Shown piece after piece: positions 47,337 to 61,552 of a stretch of DNA of 64,000 nucleotides. Numbering within the stretch: position 1 is the stretch's first letter; every line of letters begins with the position of its first letter. A model generated the notes under the pieces. The model saw nothing but the letters and a program-made list of their open reading frames with translations. It was not told the DNA's origin and searched no databases. Origin of the DNA: Neophaeotheca triangularis (Eukaryota); NCBI GenBank assembly GCA_054600435.1, contig BAAIJX010000008.1, positions 248,001 through 312,000 on the forward strand. The letters run 5' to 3'. The translations under genes and the position numbers were made by a program.

Positions 47337-48795
47337 GGTTGCGTAGTTGCAGCCCTATCTGTCGGGATCGAGTTGGTTTGGTTGGGAAGTACCTTGGTAG
47401 AGTTGTCGTGTATGTAGTGAGAGAGGTCGTTAAGTTCAGTTGTGTACGGCCATAGAATGATCTCATTGGTCGAAGAGGAGATTCGCTAGTAGAGGGCTGT
47501 CTTACGGAGTCATCTGCGCTTATCTAATCAGATAGCCATCGTAGATCTCACGCTAGCTGGGGGACGTTTTCCAAGAGATGTGTTGTCTCAATCTAATCTG
47601 ATTGCCGGACGATCTACTCTAATCCAAGCGTGCAAGTTTATTGGTCGTTAGTATCGCACGCTAGTCAAGGGCTGTTTCTGGCCTGGCATTTACGCTCGAA
47701 TCTTGCTCCAATCACGCTCGAACCACGCTTCACGTCAATCATGCTTCAATCTTGCTTCACGCCCCAATTCCACTTCTTCCGTTCGTCCCTCGCTCATATC
47801 ATATCAGCTCCCTTGATCTGCTTCCCCGGGTATCATTTCTCCCATAGCACATCTATGAGGGCTGCCGAACATCTCAATATCTCAATCTCAACGCTATCAT
47901 ACACGGAATTCTTAACTTTTCTAAAGATCGAATGAGTATATACGCCTGTCAGGTATTAAGAGTACTTGTAAATTCATAGGCTTCCCGTCGTCCAGCGACG
48001 CCTCGACGGATGCCTCCTGAGATGCTGTTCAGTCTCTCACTCAGCATCGCACCATCGACGTTATTGCTTCATCCGGCAATACAGGCAACATTCTGTATCC
48101 GCTCAGAGCCTGGGGCGAAGATGACGTGAAAGGGGCATTTATTAATGACACTATATGGCTCATCCAAAGACTGCAGGACATCGATCGATTTGCGGTGCTT
48201 TCACCTCCACCAAACCACATTACTCTTACCCCTCGGACGGCTACCCGCATAGGAAGTAGTACCCAACCCACGTGAGAGCATGAACGATCGTCTCCAATCA
48301 AGGAGAAACCTAGTGGGAAACACAATACCAGCATTCTAGCATGCGTTTGCTCGCCCAGAGGTCCAGGATGCTTGCGAATTGTCCCGCCCGGACGCAAAAG
48401 TTGCCAGCATGAAAGTAGGCAATTCCAGCCCGTGTCCGCAGATCCCACATCGTCCAGGCATTGTTTGCTACATGGCTGCATAGGTATCCTCGCACACGCT
48501 GACTGTTCTCACTCACCGTCTCTTGCTCTCTTGTCCTTGTCCACTTTCGAAGGTATGACTCGGTCTGGTTTGTAGTCTTGTTTCGACTTTCTCTTCCACT
48601 TTTCTCTTCAAGCGTAACATAGGAGACAAAGAACCATTTGAATCGAGCCTCTCCCTACCCTAGAGAGCTAACCGAAAACTCCAACCAAACTACTCTACAA
48701 CCTCAACACGAGCATCACACACCACTCCTGCGGCACCAAGCCATCCCCTTCCCCTTCAAACCCTACCCACACCCTCTCCCCCTGATTCCCCAACC

Positions 48796-50793
48796 ATGGG
48801 CACCGACTGCTCCCGCCCCTCGTACACGCAAACCGAACTCCTGCTCCCCTCCGACAGCCTCCGCCTCTGCATCCCCTCCCGCACCACCCCCTGCTGGTGC
48901 AAAGGCCCCACGCACCGCACCTCGCGCTACACCTACATCGAGCGCGACTCCTCCGGGCGCGAGAACTACTACGATCCCTTCGAGTACCTCGACCGCGCCA
49001 TGCTGAATCATGGCTTCTCAAGCAACGGCGGTCGTGGAGGTGGGGGGTTTGGGGGACTGGGCGCGCCGCCTGTGGCTGCTTGGAAGGATCCGAGTCTTTG
49101 GACTACGAGGGATTATGAGCGGTTGGGAGAGGTTATGGGGGAGTATTTTGCTAGGGAGAGGGGGAAGAGTGGGGGGTATGGTGGGGGTGGGTGGCCGGTT
49201 TATGGTGGTGCGTTGCCTGTTGGTATGCCGATGTCTGGGGTGGGGCAGGGGTTTGATGCGAGTGCTATGTGGCCGTTGATGGCTTTGATGGGGATGGGTG
49301 GTGGTGGTGGGTGGGACCGGGGCTCGAGATCTGGGAGTAGGCGCGGCCATAGGAGTAGTGGGTATTCGGAGCTGTCGGAGCAGATTAGACGGTTGGAAGA
49401 GGTTTACAGACGGGACAAGGAGATGAGCGATGCCATGTTGTATGGTACTGAGGCGGAGAGGAGGGAGAAAGCATGGCAGCAGCGGCTGGTGAAGCAGTTG
49501 TTCGATGTCTGGCCGCAATTCATGCAAATGCAGCAGCAGCAGCAGCAGAATGGGATGGGCATGGGCATGGGCATGCCAGGCATAGGTACGAATCCTATGG
49601 GTTTCGGGATGAGCCCAATGGCGGCGGCGGCTCTGCAAGCACAAGCACAAGCGGCCATGCAACAACCACAAGGCGGCATGGGTCACCCGATGGGAGCCAA
49701 CACCCCAATGATGGACGTCGACCCCCGAGGCTTTGGCGGTGGCGGTGGTGGTCCAGGCAGAAGGCGCATGCGCAGAAACCGCAGAGCACTCCCCGATTAC
49801 GACGATTTCGAGGAAGCGCCGTGGGGAAGGAATCGCGGCAGACGAGGGCGGGGCGGTTTCGGTGATGATATCGACGACGACGATGATCTCGATATGCTGG
49901 GCGGCAGAGATGGCGGTATGTACGTACACCTCCCAGCGCGTTCTCTCGCCTCGTCAGTCCCATAAAAAGCTACTAACCCCGCTCCAGGGCGCCGTGGGCC
50001 TAAGGGCCCCGGCCCAGCTCCAGGAGCAGGCATCGGAGGGTTCAGCAAACCCGCTGGCTCTCGCAACAGCGACGGCGGAAGCGGCGGAGGCGGCGGAGGC
50101 GGCGGAGGCGGCGCGCCAGTACCCAACGCCGGGATCCTCTTCCCCAACCCCGAAGCCGACCGGCAATCCGACCGTCCCGCCGCAGCCCAGCCGCCAGCAA
50201 TCCCCAGCCAGCGCCCCTCGCCCCGCGCCGCCGCCGCCGCCCAACCAACACCCTCAGCCCGGCCCTCCCCGATCCCGCCATCGCCAGCAGATCGCCGCCC
50301 AGAGCCCCGCTCTTTCTCCCAACAGCCACAGTTCTCCAGCCTCTTCCCGCCGGGTGACCACCTAGCAGACACGGGCCCAGACCTCCCGCCCCAGCAAGCT
50401 GCGAGACAGAATCATCCCTGGACCGGCGGCTGGTTGCCCGAAGGCGCAATACCAGTCCCTCAAAACATGCCTCCCGCTGGCGGGACGCCAGTTGGAGCGC
50501 CAATGTACCCGGTATACGGCGTTGATGCTTTTGGCGGCGAGGCAGGGAGGTTTGGCGGTGGTGGGTTCGTGGGTGAGAGTCGTCCCGGGGGTTTTGGGGC
50601 GGCGGGGGTGACGGGTGGCGGGGCTGGGATTGGTAGAACTGGGACTGGGGAGAGGAGGGTGGGGTTTTCGGGTGCGGATACAGGGTTGGGGAGGCAGGTG
50701 GAAGAGGATCTAGGGAAGGAGGGGTTGAAGGGTGCGGAGGCTGGAGTGAGGGCGGCGAGGGCGGACAGGCAGAGGGGAGCTTACTCCGATTGA
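48796..50793 (+). CDS. Hypothetical low-complexity Gly/Met/Gln/Pro-rich protein; intron 49916-49987
   Basis: ATG in CAACCATGG context; intron GTATGT..TACTAAC..CAG joins the 389-aa ORF in frame to the frame ending at TGA 50793. Confidence 0.6.
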
Positions 50794-50984
50794 GTCTTGT
50801 TAGTGGGATAGTGGGTGAGAGGCATAGCGAGAGGGAAGGCGTGATGTGCATTACGGGTCTTAAATACCACGCACGTCGCGCTCGCCCAACAAATGCCGAC
50901 CGAGTGGCAAGGTATCATATAGCTACACCGGACGCCTCGCTAAGCATAATAAATGGTCATCGAGCAATCAGCCCTATATGCAGC

Positions 50985-52985
50985 TCAATCAATGCTCATC
51001 TTCGTCTCAAAGTAGCCGGTAACGGCATCGACAAGTTCCGCTTTTTTCGTGATACCCCTTCCAATCCCCTTGGCCTGCACGAAGTTCTTGAGATCCGGCA
51101 CCTTGAACTTGTTCAATGTGCTCTTCTCGTATGCCGCACGCATGTCGGTCTCAGAAACGGCTTCGCCGTCTTCCGCCTTCACCTTCTTTGCCGCCGAAGA
51201 GGCAGGTTCGGGCTTTGTACGCTTAGCGCCACCATCAGCGGTACGATGGACGTTCTTTTTGCTCTCTTGCAACCAGCCTGCGTACTCCTTGTCGAGCTCA
51301 TCGCCCCAAGCGACGACGTAGTCACCGGCTCGTTTGTGGATTTGCTTGTAGCGTGGCAAGGTCTTGTCTTCGGGCTGGATCGGCAAGTCTTCGTCCAGTG
51401 CAAGAGCTTGGAGGATACGGTAAAACCACTGCAGGCTCGGGTTCGGATAGCGTTGAGGGTGGTAGACGCCTTTCGGAAGGTGAAGTTGTTGTATGATCAA
51501 CCTCATGGCGTCGATGACGGTCCCTGGCGCTTTCACGAGTTCGGTCTCGGGCGTCTCACGAATGTCATCCGCAAAGGGTAGCTGCTTAACCCAAAGTCCT
51601 GGTGGCATTTGCTGTTCGCCGGTTTCGTTGCGTTGCTCAGCGCCCGGCATAATGGCCGCGAGTCTCGGTGTCGCGTTTCTTCTGGCCACAAACCAAGCCA
51701 GTCCGAACTTGTCATCTTTGAGCAGTTTCTGGTGCAGCGCAGAGAAGACACGCGTCGAGCCGACAAAGTCGTCCTCGCTGGGATAAATGAAAGTGGATGG
51801 TTTGACATTCGCCCACATTGGGAGCAAGCGCATCTCCTTGAAGCCAATGATGCGCAAGACTGGCTCGCCGAAGTCCTTGATCTTCGCCAATTCTTCAACG
51901 CTGAAGGAAATGGTTTCGCCACCAAACTTGAAGGCTTTGCGTATTTCAGGTTTCTCCACTGCTCGAGCTGTGTCTTCTGCCATCATTGTGCTGCTTCCTA
52001 CGGCAATCTGTGCCTTCTCGCTGTCAGGTGGAAGGTAAACGTAGCTGGTTCGCTTTGGTTCCTGGCGCTTCATGATGATGTAGCCCTTGATGCCGATCCT
52101 CATGCCAGGTCCGATCTCGAAGGGCATGTTGCTGAACAAGGCTCTCCGAGGCGTAGCACGGGATGCGATTGAGGACAATAGTGACTGCAGCAAGCTGATA
52201 CCATCTTTAGTGGTAGCAGATGCAGTCTTGATATCGGGGTTGATGGGTGCAGGAGCATCAGGGTCGGCAGGCGTTGCAGAATAGACAATGTCATCGTAGA
52301 ACTTGCCCCTGTCGAAAGTGTAGCCACGCTCGGGATGAGATATGGGGAATAGCTCAATTGTCACACCCAGATCGTAGAGATCTTTCGCTCGTACTGCCGC
52401 AGAGTTACGAGCATCTCGGCTGGAAGCGTGGGGATAGTCGTTGTCAGAGACAAGGAAGAGACGCCTTGACGAAAAGTTGGGAGCTTTAGTGGTGAAGATC
52501 TGGTTGGCACAGAATAGAACGTTTGCCATGCTGACTTCCTCATCACTGGCTTGCAACAAGTCTGCGGCCTCTTCTTCGTCCTCGACAAGGTTGCGCAGTT
52601 GCTTTACGTCCGCTGCCGCTGGCACGTCGAGATCGGTCAGGAGATAACAGTGGGGATACTGCAGTCCACCATTGCCGTTCTCATCGGCTTCTTCGAACTT
52701 GCTCTTCTCGGTGCCGAAGAGCAGGATGCCCATCATGTCACTTGGGTTGCTGATGATGCGTTGTTGCATGAGAGTGTAGGCACATCTCAAAGCTGCGACG
52801 GTAGGGCAGAGGGCAGAGTCGGGGTTTTTGGGGTCAGCGTCCTGCGGCTTCGACAACATGCTGTTGCTGACATCGATGGCGAAGAGGACGGCATCTTTGA
52901 CGGCCTTGTAGCCTGTCTCGTCGACCTCCTCTTCGTCGTCCTCATCCTCTTCTGGCCCACGGCCGTAGTTGGAGGGTTCGCCCAT
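50985..52985 (-). CDS. KU70: NHEJ DNA end-binding protein Ku70
   Basis: KDAVLFAIDVS vWA, STRVFSAL, QLPFADDIR, YPNPSLQWFYRILQALAL, C-terminal SAP-like domain. Confidence 0.97.
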   Translation of the reverse strand: MGEPSNYGRGPEEDEDDEEEVDETGYKAVKDAVLFAIDVSNSMLSKPQDADPKNPDSALCPTVAALRCAYTLMQQRIISNPSDMMGILLFGTEKSKFEEADENGNGGLQYPHCYLLTDLDVPAAADVKQLRNLVEDEEEAADLLQASDEEVSMANVLFCANQIFTTKAPNFSSRRLFLVSDNDYPHASSRDARNSAAVRAKDLYDLGVTIELFPISHPERGYTFDRGKFYDDIVYSATPADPDAPAPINPDIKTASATTKDGISLLQSLLSSIASRATPRRALFSNMPFEIGPGMRIGIKGYIIMKRQEPKRTSYVYLPPDSEKAQIAVGSSTMMAEDTARAVEKPEIRKAFKFGGETISFSVEELAKIKDFGEPVLRIIGFKEMRLLPMWANVKPSTFIYPSEDDFVGSTRVFSALHQKLLKDDKFGLAWFVARRNATPRLAAIMPGAEQRNETGEQQMPPGLWVKQLPFADDIRETPETELVKAPGTVIDAMRLIIQQLHLPKGVYHPQRYPNPSLQWFYRILQALALDEDLPIQPEDKTLPRYKQIHKRAGDYVVAWGDELDKEYAGWLQESKKNVHRTADGGAKRTKPEPASSAAKKVKAEDGEAVSETDMRAAYEKSTLNKFKVPDLKNFVQAKGIGRGITKKAELVDAVTGYFETKMSID

Positions 52986-53332
52986 GTGTGATTGCCAGAC
53001 GGATCAGAATGCGTGCTCTGTTGCGGGATCGTCACCGAACGCGTGTTGTTAAGAGAAGAAGAACTTGATCAAGGTTCAAGTGTTCTTCGAGTCCCGTCGC
53101 ATTTGAAACGATATCGAAGGCGTCGCCTGCCCGCTAGCGCGCGCGTCGTTGCCTGAAGTGCTTACCTACCTATAGGTACTAACTAGTTAGTAAGGTACTG
53201 TAGCGAGGCAACGCGTGAGCACGTGTCGCTTCGCTTCCACCAATTCAAAAGGCGGCGGGAGAAGCCGACGCTAAGAAATGCCTCGGCGTCATCGTATCTC
53301 CAATTCGAAAGCTTAAAAGCGTGGAGTGCTAA

Positions 53333-54781
<1,449 letters not shown>

Positions 54782-55222
54782 TGTAGTGTATTATCTGTAA
54801 TTTTATTGCTTTCTATTGCGGCGATATGGCGGTTGGTAGCTAAAAGTGTTACTACTGTCCATTGCTCTGGCACTACTATACAGGTTTGATCGTACAGCCT
54901 CCATCACTCCCTCCGCCTCCAGATCTACGTTTCGTTTCGCTGTTGAGATTCCTCTTTTGCCACGCTCCTTCATGGAGTTACTCCGCAACGAGAAAGCATG
55001 AAACGTCGACTAGGCATGGCCACCTTACTCCACAGCTCAGGTAGCTCCTGACGGCAAACACGCAGTCTCTCGCAATCTCAAATCCCTGCCCGTCGAGGGA
55101 ACAGTGACCCCAATCCTACCTCTAAGCGCCATTGCCCACAGCAGATGGAACCAATTGGCAGTCCAATCCAAAACCCCCAGCCCAACCCACTCCAACCCAG
55201 AATCCACGCTACCGTCCCCCAT

Positions 55223-55642
55223 TCAACCCGCCTTGGTCTTCAACTGCACCCCATGCCACTTCTTAATCTCCTCGCCCAACACACTATTCACAAGCCTATG
55301 CTGCTTAATCACCGGCAACCCCTCAAACTGCTTACTAGTGATGTCCAGCGCATACATGCTCCCGCAACCCCCGCTGATGTCCTGGACTTCCAGTTGCGTG
55401 GGTGCGAGCTTTTCTTTGATGAGGCGGAAGATGTGCAGCTCGCGCTCGTCGAGGTAGTCGGGGGGTTCTGGGGCGGAGGTGGGGGTGGAGTAGAAGCGGG
55501 TGGAGGGTTGGTTGCGGGTGAGGGCAGGGGTTTGGTGGTTGAGGAGGGTGCGGGTTGCGAGGCGTGCGTGCGTTGCCGGTGTGGTGGTTGTGGTTCTCGT
55601 TAGTCGGAGGGCGTGGCTGAGGAGGGTTCGTGAGGTGGCCAT
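55223..55642 (-). CDS. Mitochondrial BolA-family protein (Bol3/Aim1-like)
   Basis: Presequence-like N-terminus; VQDISGGCGSMY, KQHRLVN, WHGVQLKT. Confidence 0.9.
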   Translation of the reverse strand: MATSRTLLSHALRLTRTTTTTPATHARLATRTLLNHQTPALTRNQPSTRFYSTPTSAPEPPDYLDERELHIFRLIKEKLAPTQLEVQDISGGCGSMYALDITSKQFEGLPVIKQHRLVNSVLGEEIKKWHGVQLKTKAG

Positions 55643-56320
55643 TTTGTCAAGGGTTCGATTCTCGGGTCTGCTGGTGCAATGTGTGTACTGTGAAAGGTAT
55701 CTCTGGGCGAAGATGGTCGTGTGTGATTGTTGTGGTAATGATATCGATTTGATTTGATTTGATCTGATTTGATTTGATTGTTCTATCTGAAGTTTCTGGA
55801 CTCGGAGCTCAAGGCTCGACGATCGACGACATCACAGAAAGCTTGGGCCAAACGAACCGAGGCGTTGGTCAGACGTGTTGCGAGCTTTCTGATTGCCCAG
55901 CAGGGGGCACCTCATTATTATTGAGTACGTTTCTCCGCCATCCAATGGTAGTAACTTATTATGTAGATGGTGGACGACTCGCCTTGCTTCGCACGGTCTG
56001 ATGTGAAAGCAAAGGATCTGCCCTCAGACTGCCATTATAGACCAACCCAAACCCGAACCCTACCTAGGTGTGCTTGTCGCGTTCGACGACATCCCGACCG
56101 ACCTCGGCTGGTGTATTGCGGGTGTCTCGTAGTCTCGTCGCGAACTGCTGCTCCATTAGGTTGTCGGATGCGCACAGTACAGTACAGTACCTACCTTACC
56201 TTACTTTGTTCAGACCCGACGCAGTCACACTGCACAACAACAATCATCACTAGCTCGCGCCCCCTGATAGAAATCGACTTCACTCCATCCATCAACCTCG
56301 CACTCACCAATGCCGCCGCA

Positions 56321-58327
56321 ATGATCGAAGCCAGCCGCCGTTGGTTTCGGCGCAACAGAACCAATCTAGCCATCGGTGCTGGTGTCATTGGAGCTGGCTA
56401 CGTCGCCGGGCAATATGTCCTGAATAAAATCTACGAGACACGACAAAGGTCAAACGAGGATAGAGTAGCAAAGGACAAGTACGTTGCGAAGCTCACTCTT
56501 GTACATGCGGCTAGCTGGTGCTGGGCATAAGGAGCAGACGGGCTGATCTCGCATTCCTACCAGCTTGAAGCGACGTTTCGAACAGAACCAGGAAGACTGC
56601 ACCTACACTGTCCTGGCATTGCTGCCGACAATCCGGGATGAAATCATTGGTGCCCTGCCGGTCGAGCAAATCACCGAGCAGCTGCAGCATGAGCGGCAGG
56701 AGAGGCTGAGACGCCTGGGTCAGTCGGAAGCGGCCTCGTCTGAGTTCCCTTCTGTTCCGCCCAGTACGACCGATGGCGACGGCGGGAGTTCGAGCGGCAG
56801 CTTCGTCCATGCCAGTCAGATGGCCGGCAGTAGCATGGAGGGCGACGACCCCTCCCAACCGAAGAAGTCGAAAGCGCAGCTATGGCAGGAGATGAAGATC
56901 AACTGTAAGTTGCAAGATAAGCCCCTTGACGGTGGGATTATGCTGATCAGAATTCAGCCATGACGCGGACACTAGCACTATCCTACACTCTCGCTCTGCT
57001 GACCCTCCTAACACGCATTCAACTCAATCTTCTCGGCCGCCGAACGTACCTCTCGTCAGTAGTCGCACTGGCCTCCCCACCCCAGCAAACGCAATCCTCC
57101 ACCATATCGCTCGAGAACCGCGACGATGACAATTACGACAACGCCTACGGCAATGACTTCGAGACCAACCGCAAATACCTCACCTTCTCCTGGTGGATCC
57201 TCCACCGTGGATCCAAGGCTATCATGGACCGCGTCATGAGTGCAGTCAAGGAGGTATTTGGTCCCGTCAACATCAGAGAAGACATGGGCTTGGAAAGGTT
57301 CGCCGAGCTGGTATTGCAAGTGAGGAAGAAGGTCGAGGGAGCCAGCGAAAAAGAAAGAGAGCAGATGAACTGGCTAGAGTTTCTGCTGCCGCCCAAGGGA
57401 GAAGAGGCGTTTGTAATGCGCCAAAGCAGCAAGAGCCCGAGCGAGCAGTCTTCCTCCCCCGAGTCGACAGGGCCCCGAAATCCCATGGACGAGGACCTTG
57501 GCGGCCTAAACGATGACAGCTCCCCCCTCCGCCGCCTTCTAGACGAAACCTCCGACCTCATCGAATCCCCCACCTTCTCCCATGTCCTGACCAAACTCCT
57601 CGACGCCAGCTTCTCCCAGCTCGTCGACTACCACATCGCCGTCGAAGCCTTCCAAAGCACCGGCCCGCACGCCCCAGGGACAGAACCCCGCATCTCCGAA
57701 ATCCCCGACACAAAATGCAAGCTCGCGCACATTCTACCCATAGTGTGCCGCCAAGCGCACGCCGTAGCAGTTGGGAGCGGCGAACTCGATGCCATCGCCG
57801 GCGTCGCCGCGCAAGGCAGTCTGGGCAACGAGTACCTGGCGGCCATGGACCGGGTGCACGACCTCGAAGCTTTCTCCGCCGTCATCTACTCCAGCCACTT
57901 CGATTACGAAATGGGGATCCACGACAAAGAGGAAAGCGATGCCAAGGCTTCCGCGAGCCGGCCTGCTTACGGCGCCTATCCCAATCCGCCCATGGCTGTG
58001 TCGTGTTCGTTTGTTATCCCGACTAACGAGACCACGGGCCAGGCGCTGCCGGAGACCCAGCCAAAGGAGGTGGCTGAGAGTACGCTAGAGGAAAGACCCG
58101 AGGCCATCGACCCGAGTGTTGCCGGCGAAAAGGCTGTTGCTACCAAGGAAACTGAAGATGTCGCTACTTCAACCGAGCCGATGGAGGCAACTGAGAAGAC
58201 TGTTGAAGGTGAGAAGAACTTTGAGGGAACGCAAGCTACCGAGGGCGAGGCCCGTGCCGGCGGCGGTTTCGAGACTGCGTGGGAGAAGGCTCTGGCTCGA
58301 GAGGATGGCGAGAAGCCTGCAGAGTAA
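56321..58327 (+). CDS. PEX3: Peroxin-3; 3 exons (introns 56479-56563, 56905-56957)
   Basis: RRWFRRNR + TM segment, LKRRFEQNQEDC, KAQLWQEMKI, LLTRIQLNLLGRR, LTFSWWILHRG. Confidence 0.95.
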
Positions 58328-59450
58328 GGGATGTTGTACGTTTTGTTATCATCAGGAGTGAGGAAGTTGATTACTACAGCGAGAGTATACGATACCCATG
58401 CGTCTCCTCGTTTCCTAGATTGTACTGGTAGGTACGGGCTTTCAAGTGACGGGAAGCATATTGTGCGTCCCGACTCCCCTTTTCCCTTCACCTAGACTGT
58501 GCCAAGATCACAACACCACTCAACCTAGACCGGGTAAGCTCTACGAGATCATTAGATGAGATCATTAGATGATAGCCTCAACGTGTGCTGTCGCGAGCGC
58601 ATTGAAAGCCATCGCCATTGGCGTTGGAGGCTTCGCAACAGGGCTCCACGTCCTTCTTTTGTATAGACGGGGCACTCTTTCGCGGCAGCAATCTACGGGG
58701 AGGATGGCGTTATCGTCGACTATGCGACACCCCTAGCTCAGCTTAAGTTGCGGATGAGTGCCGAGAAGTTCGTCATGGGTGGACCCTCTCTGGGACGTTA
58801 TAGTCCGACTCATCAAGCGTTTGAAGCATGCTGCGACCTAATCTTGGGCATTATAAATGCGATTTTGGCAAGCTACCTACGGCGAGCCTACTTGCTTATT
58901 TGCCTTTTGGTCCGCTCGCCTGAGGGGAATGGTGAGGGGTGCAATCACTCATTTTCTGTAATGCGGCAGTCGGTCCTGGTACTTGCCCCTTCGCTACGGC
59001 GACTGCACCTCCTTGTTCCGCGCGGATCACGTGTCCTTTCGTTCCTTCCAGGTTTATTGAAAGACCGTTGATGCGTGCTCGAGTTCGTTCTAAGAAGGCG
59101 CCGTGTCGCTTCGCTTCCGCTGTTGCTCTGCCGAGGAAACACAAGCATCTGTTTCCGTAGAAAGAAGGGGGGCTGCAGACCATCATGAGTCCAGTGAGGT
59201 CGCGCTTGGCCGCCGGCAGATCGGCTACGGTTCTGTCTTGTGTTGAGACAGTTGTCGGACTCATGAAATCAGATTTCGACTACAGGGGTATTGGAGCTTA
59301 ACGTGGAAGAGCTCATCGTCCATTTTTCGAAGTCTCATTATTTGTGGTGGTGGTGTTATTTCGTCTTGTCGTCAGGGAGCTTCGAGCATGCCTTTGGCAG
59401 CGGGTATCGCAACACTTCAGCTCACGTCTGTCGTCTCTTGACTGCTCCCT

Positions 59451-60737
59451 CTAATCATCATCGCTATCGCTCCCGTAACCCACCAGCGGACCTGGCGGCG
59501 CATCCGCTTTCCTCTTCTTGCCAGCTGGATCCGCTGTAAACCCCTTCAACGCAGCGAGTGTTGAAGCCCCCAGTAAGCCTCCCTTGCCCTCCTCTTGCAT
59601 CTGTTGCGCCTGTCTCATCTGCTCAACCGTAAGCGGAGCCTCATCTTCATCACCATCTCCCTCTGGTGGAGCCTCGAGCATGGCCCTCTCCCCAGCCGTA
59701 GGCCCATCCAACCTCGCCTTCTCTGCCGCATACCAAACATCATCCGGCGCATCATATCCCTGAAGCCCAAAGCTGCCCTCAACCTTACGTCTTTTCCTCT
59801 CCTCCTCCGGATCTGCACCCTCGTATCTCCTGCCTTCCAGTTCCGCGACATAGCTTGCTGGAAGAGTGCGCCTGATAGCATCTGCAGCCTGCTCTTCGAT
59901 CCGCTTGGCTTCAAGCTTCTGTGCAGCTGGATTTGGGTCCACAGTCGCCCATCTCACGTTCAACGTCTCGTCGTGGTCGAGCGGTTGATGAGCCATGGCC
60001 TCCTTGGCAAACTCAGAATTGGCAAGATAGGTATAAGTCACGAATGCCACGCCCCTCGAAGGTAGCACACGGATGCGATCAATCTGACCCCACTCTTGGA
60101 AGTGACGCGCCACAACCTCCTCAATGTCATCGCTAACATGAATACGGCCGACGTAGAGCGTGCGGTTGACGCGCATGAAGGAACCCACACCACCCATGTC
60201 GTCGCGGTAGTCGCTGTGTTTGTCGCGGCCAAAACAGTCGATATTGCTGGAGAAGATATCAGGGAAGCCTCCCTCCTTGCCGATGCGGCTGTTGGGGAGT
60301 CGGTGAAGGTATTGACAATCTTGGCCGTGAGGGCACAGGCCACGCGCAAAGAAGAGACAAAAGTAAGAGCCCGGTGTCTTATCGGCTCTAGTGTAGCCCG
60401 AGTCGAGAGCGATGTTACAGCGACCCTTGGCTTGATGTCTAAGTTGTGAGTCGTTCGAGTCTCCACCGGACCATTTGTTATACCAGATGTTGAAGGTGGT
60501 GCCTGTTTGTGGTGGTGCCTCAACCTTGAAGGTTGCCGGGTCTTGTTGTGGGCGCGCTGGACGGCGCTTGCGTTTGATGATCTTGGTCTTCTTCACTTTC
60601 TTCACGGTGCCGTCGGTAGATGCTACTGCTTCGGTGGAGGTGTTCGTGGTTGCAACTGTGCCATCTGGGGCTGATGGCGCGTCTTCAGAAGGCACCATAG
60701 CCATGGCATCTATTGGTGGGGCTTCGATCTCTGCCAT
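59451..60737 (-). CDS. CWC2: Pre-mRNA splicing factor (CCCH + RRM)
   Basis: RPARPQ, FNIWYNKWSGG, YFCLFFARGLC..C.YLH, DCFGRDKH, RRM TLYVGRI..NVRWA. Confidence 0.95.
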   Translation of the reverse strand: MAEIEAPPIDAMAMVPSEDAPSAPDGTVATTNTSTEAVASTDGTVKKVKKTKIIKRKRRPARPQQDPATFKVEAPPQTGTTFNIWYNKWSGGDSNDSQLRHQAKGRCNIALDSGYTRADKTPGSYFCLFFARGLCPHGQDCQYLHRLPNSRIGKEGGFPDIFSSNIDCFGRDKHSDYRDDMGGVGSFMRVNRTLYVGRIHVSDDIEEVVARHFQEWGQIDRIRVLPSRGVAFVTYTYLANSEFAKEAMAHQPLDHDETLNVRWATVDPNPAAQKLEAKRIEEQAADAIRRTLPASYVAELEGRRYEGADPEEERKRRKVEGSFGLQGYDAPDDVWYAAEKARLDGPTAGERAMLEAPPEGDGDEDEAPLTVEQMRQAQQMQEEGKGGLLGASTLAALKGFTADPAGKKRKADAPPGPLVGYGSDSDDD

Positions 60738-61552
60738 GGTAGTTTGACGACGATCTCAGAGGGTCGTCAGAGTTGCGTGCGTAGAGGTGTAGGTGGTGGG
60801 TGGAAGAAGGTTCCTCTTCCTAGGTAACCTTTGCATGTGAAGGTGAACTTTTAGCAAGTGACAGAAATGCCAAGCCCCGACTGCCGACAAAAGCCCGCTG
60901 GACAAGCCTCACTACCACACACAAAGAGCATGTCCTGGGCCCCTGATGCATCTCCTCGCCTCTTCCCTCGACGACATGTATAGGTCGTGCTCTAGCATCT
61001 CCCCTGAGACCAGCTTGCTACTGCAAACTTCACCTCTTATAGATGTTTTCAACAACATGAAGAGGATTGTGAGAAGTTGAATGATGGTCAACCGCACACC
61101 TTTTGAGTCTCCACACATTCAATCCACGGCGAGCATACCGATTCACCGAGTTGAGTCCACAGGCATGGGAAGATTACCTGAAGAGACATTACCTGAAGAG
61201 GCTCATGACTTGCCTTCGATCTCGGCATGATGCTAGCAGTCGGACCAACATTAGGGCGATGCTTGACAATGCTTCTCTTCCCCGCTTCCCCTACTCTTGA
61301 TCACCGTTCCAAATACGGCAGCTCGAGGTTAGCCACTAGGCCTCTTACTGTTGACTTCTATCAACGGAAACACTGTGCTCGGCGTAGAACATGGCGAGTG
61401 TATGCGTTATGAACGCATCGCATGGTTCGAGGCACTTGAAAGAGATGCGAAACGTACCAGGTAAGATTCTGAAATAATGTGTCCTTTCATTGCCGACGAA
61501 AGCTCTCCTTTTTCTCCTCTATTACTTCCTTGAAAGGATCAGTACCGCAACG

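Noticed and set aside
58600..59400. Short ORFs between PEX3 and CWC2; similar ones at 47900-48550, 30400-30900 and 60900-61450
   Set aside because: No recognisable domain or coherent exon structure; they could be decayed genes but this cannot be supported.
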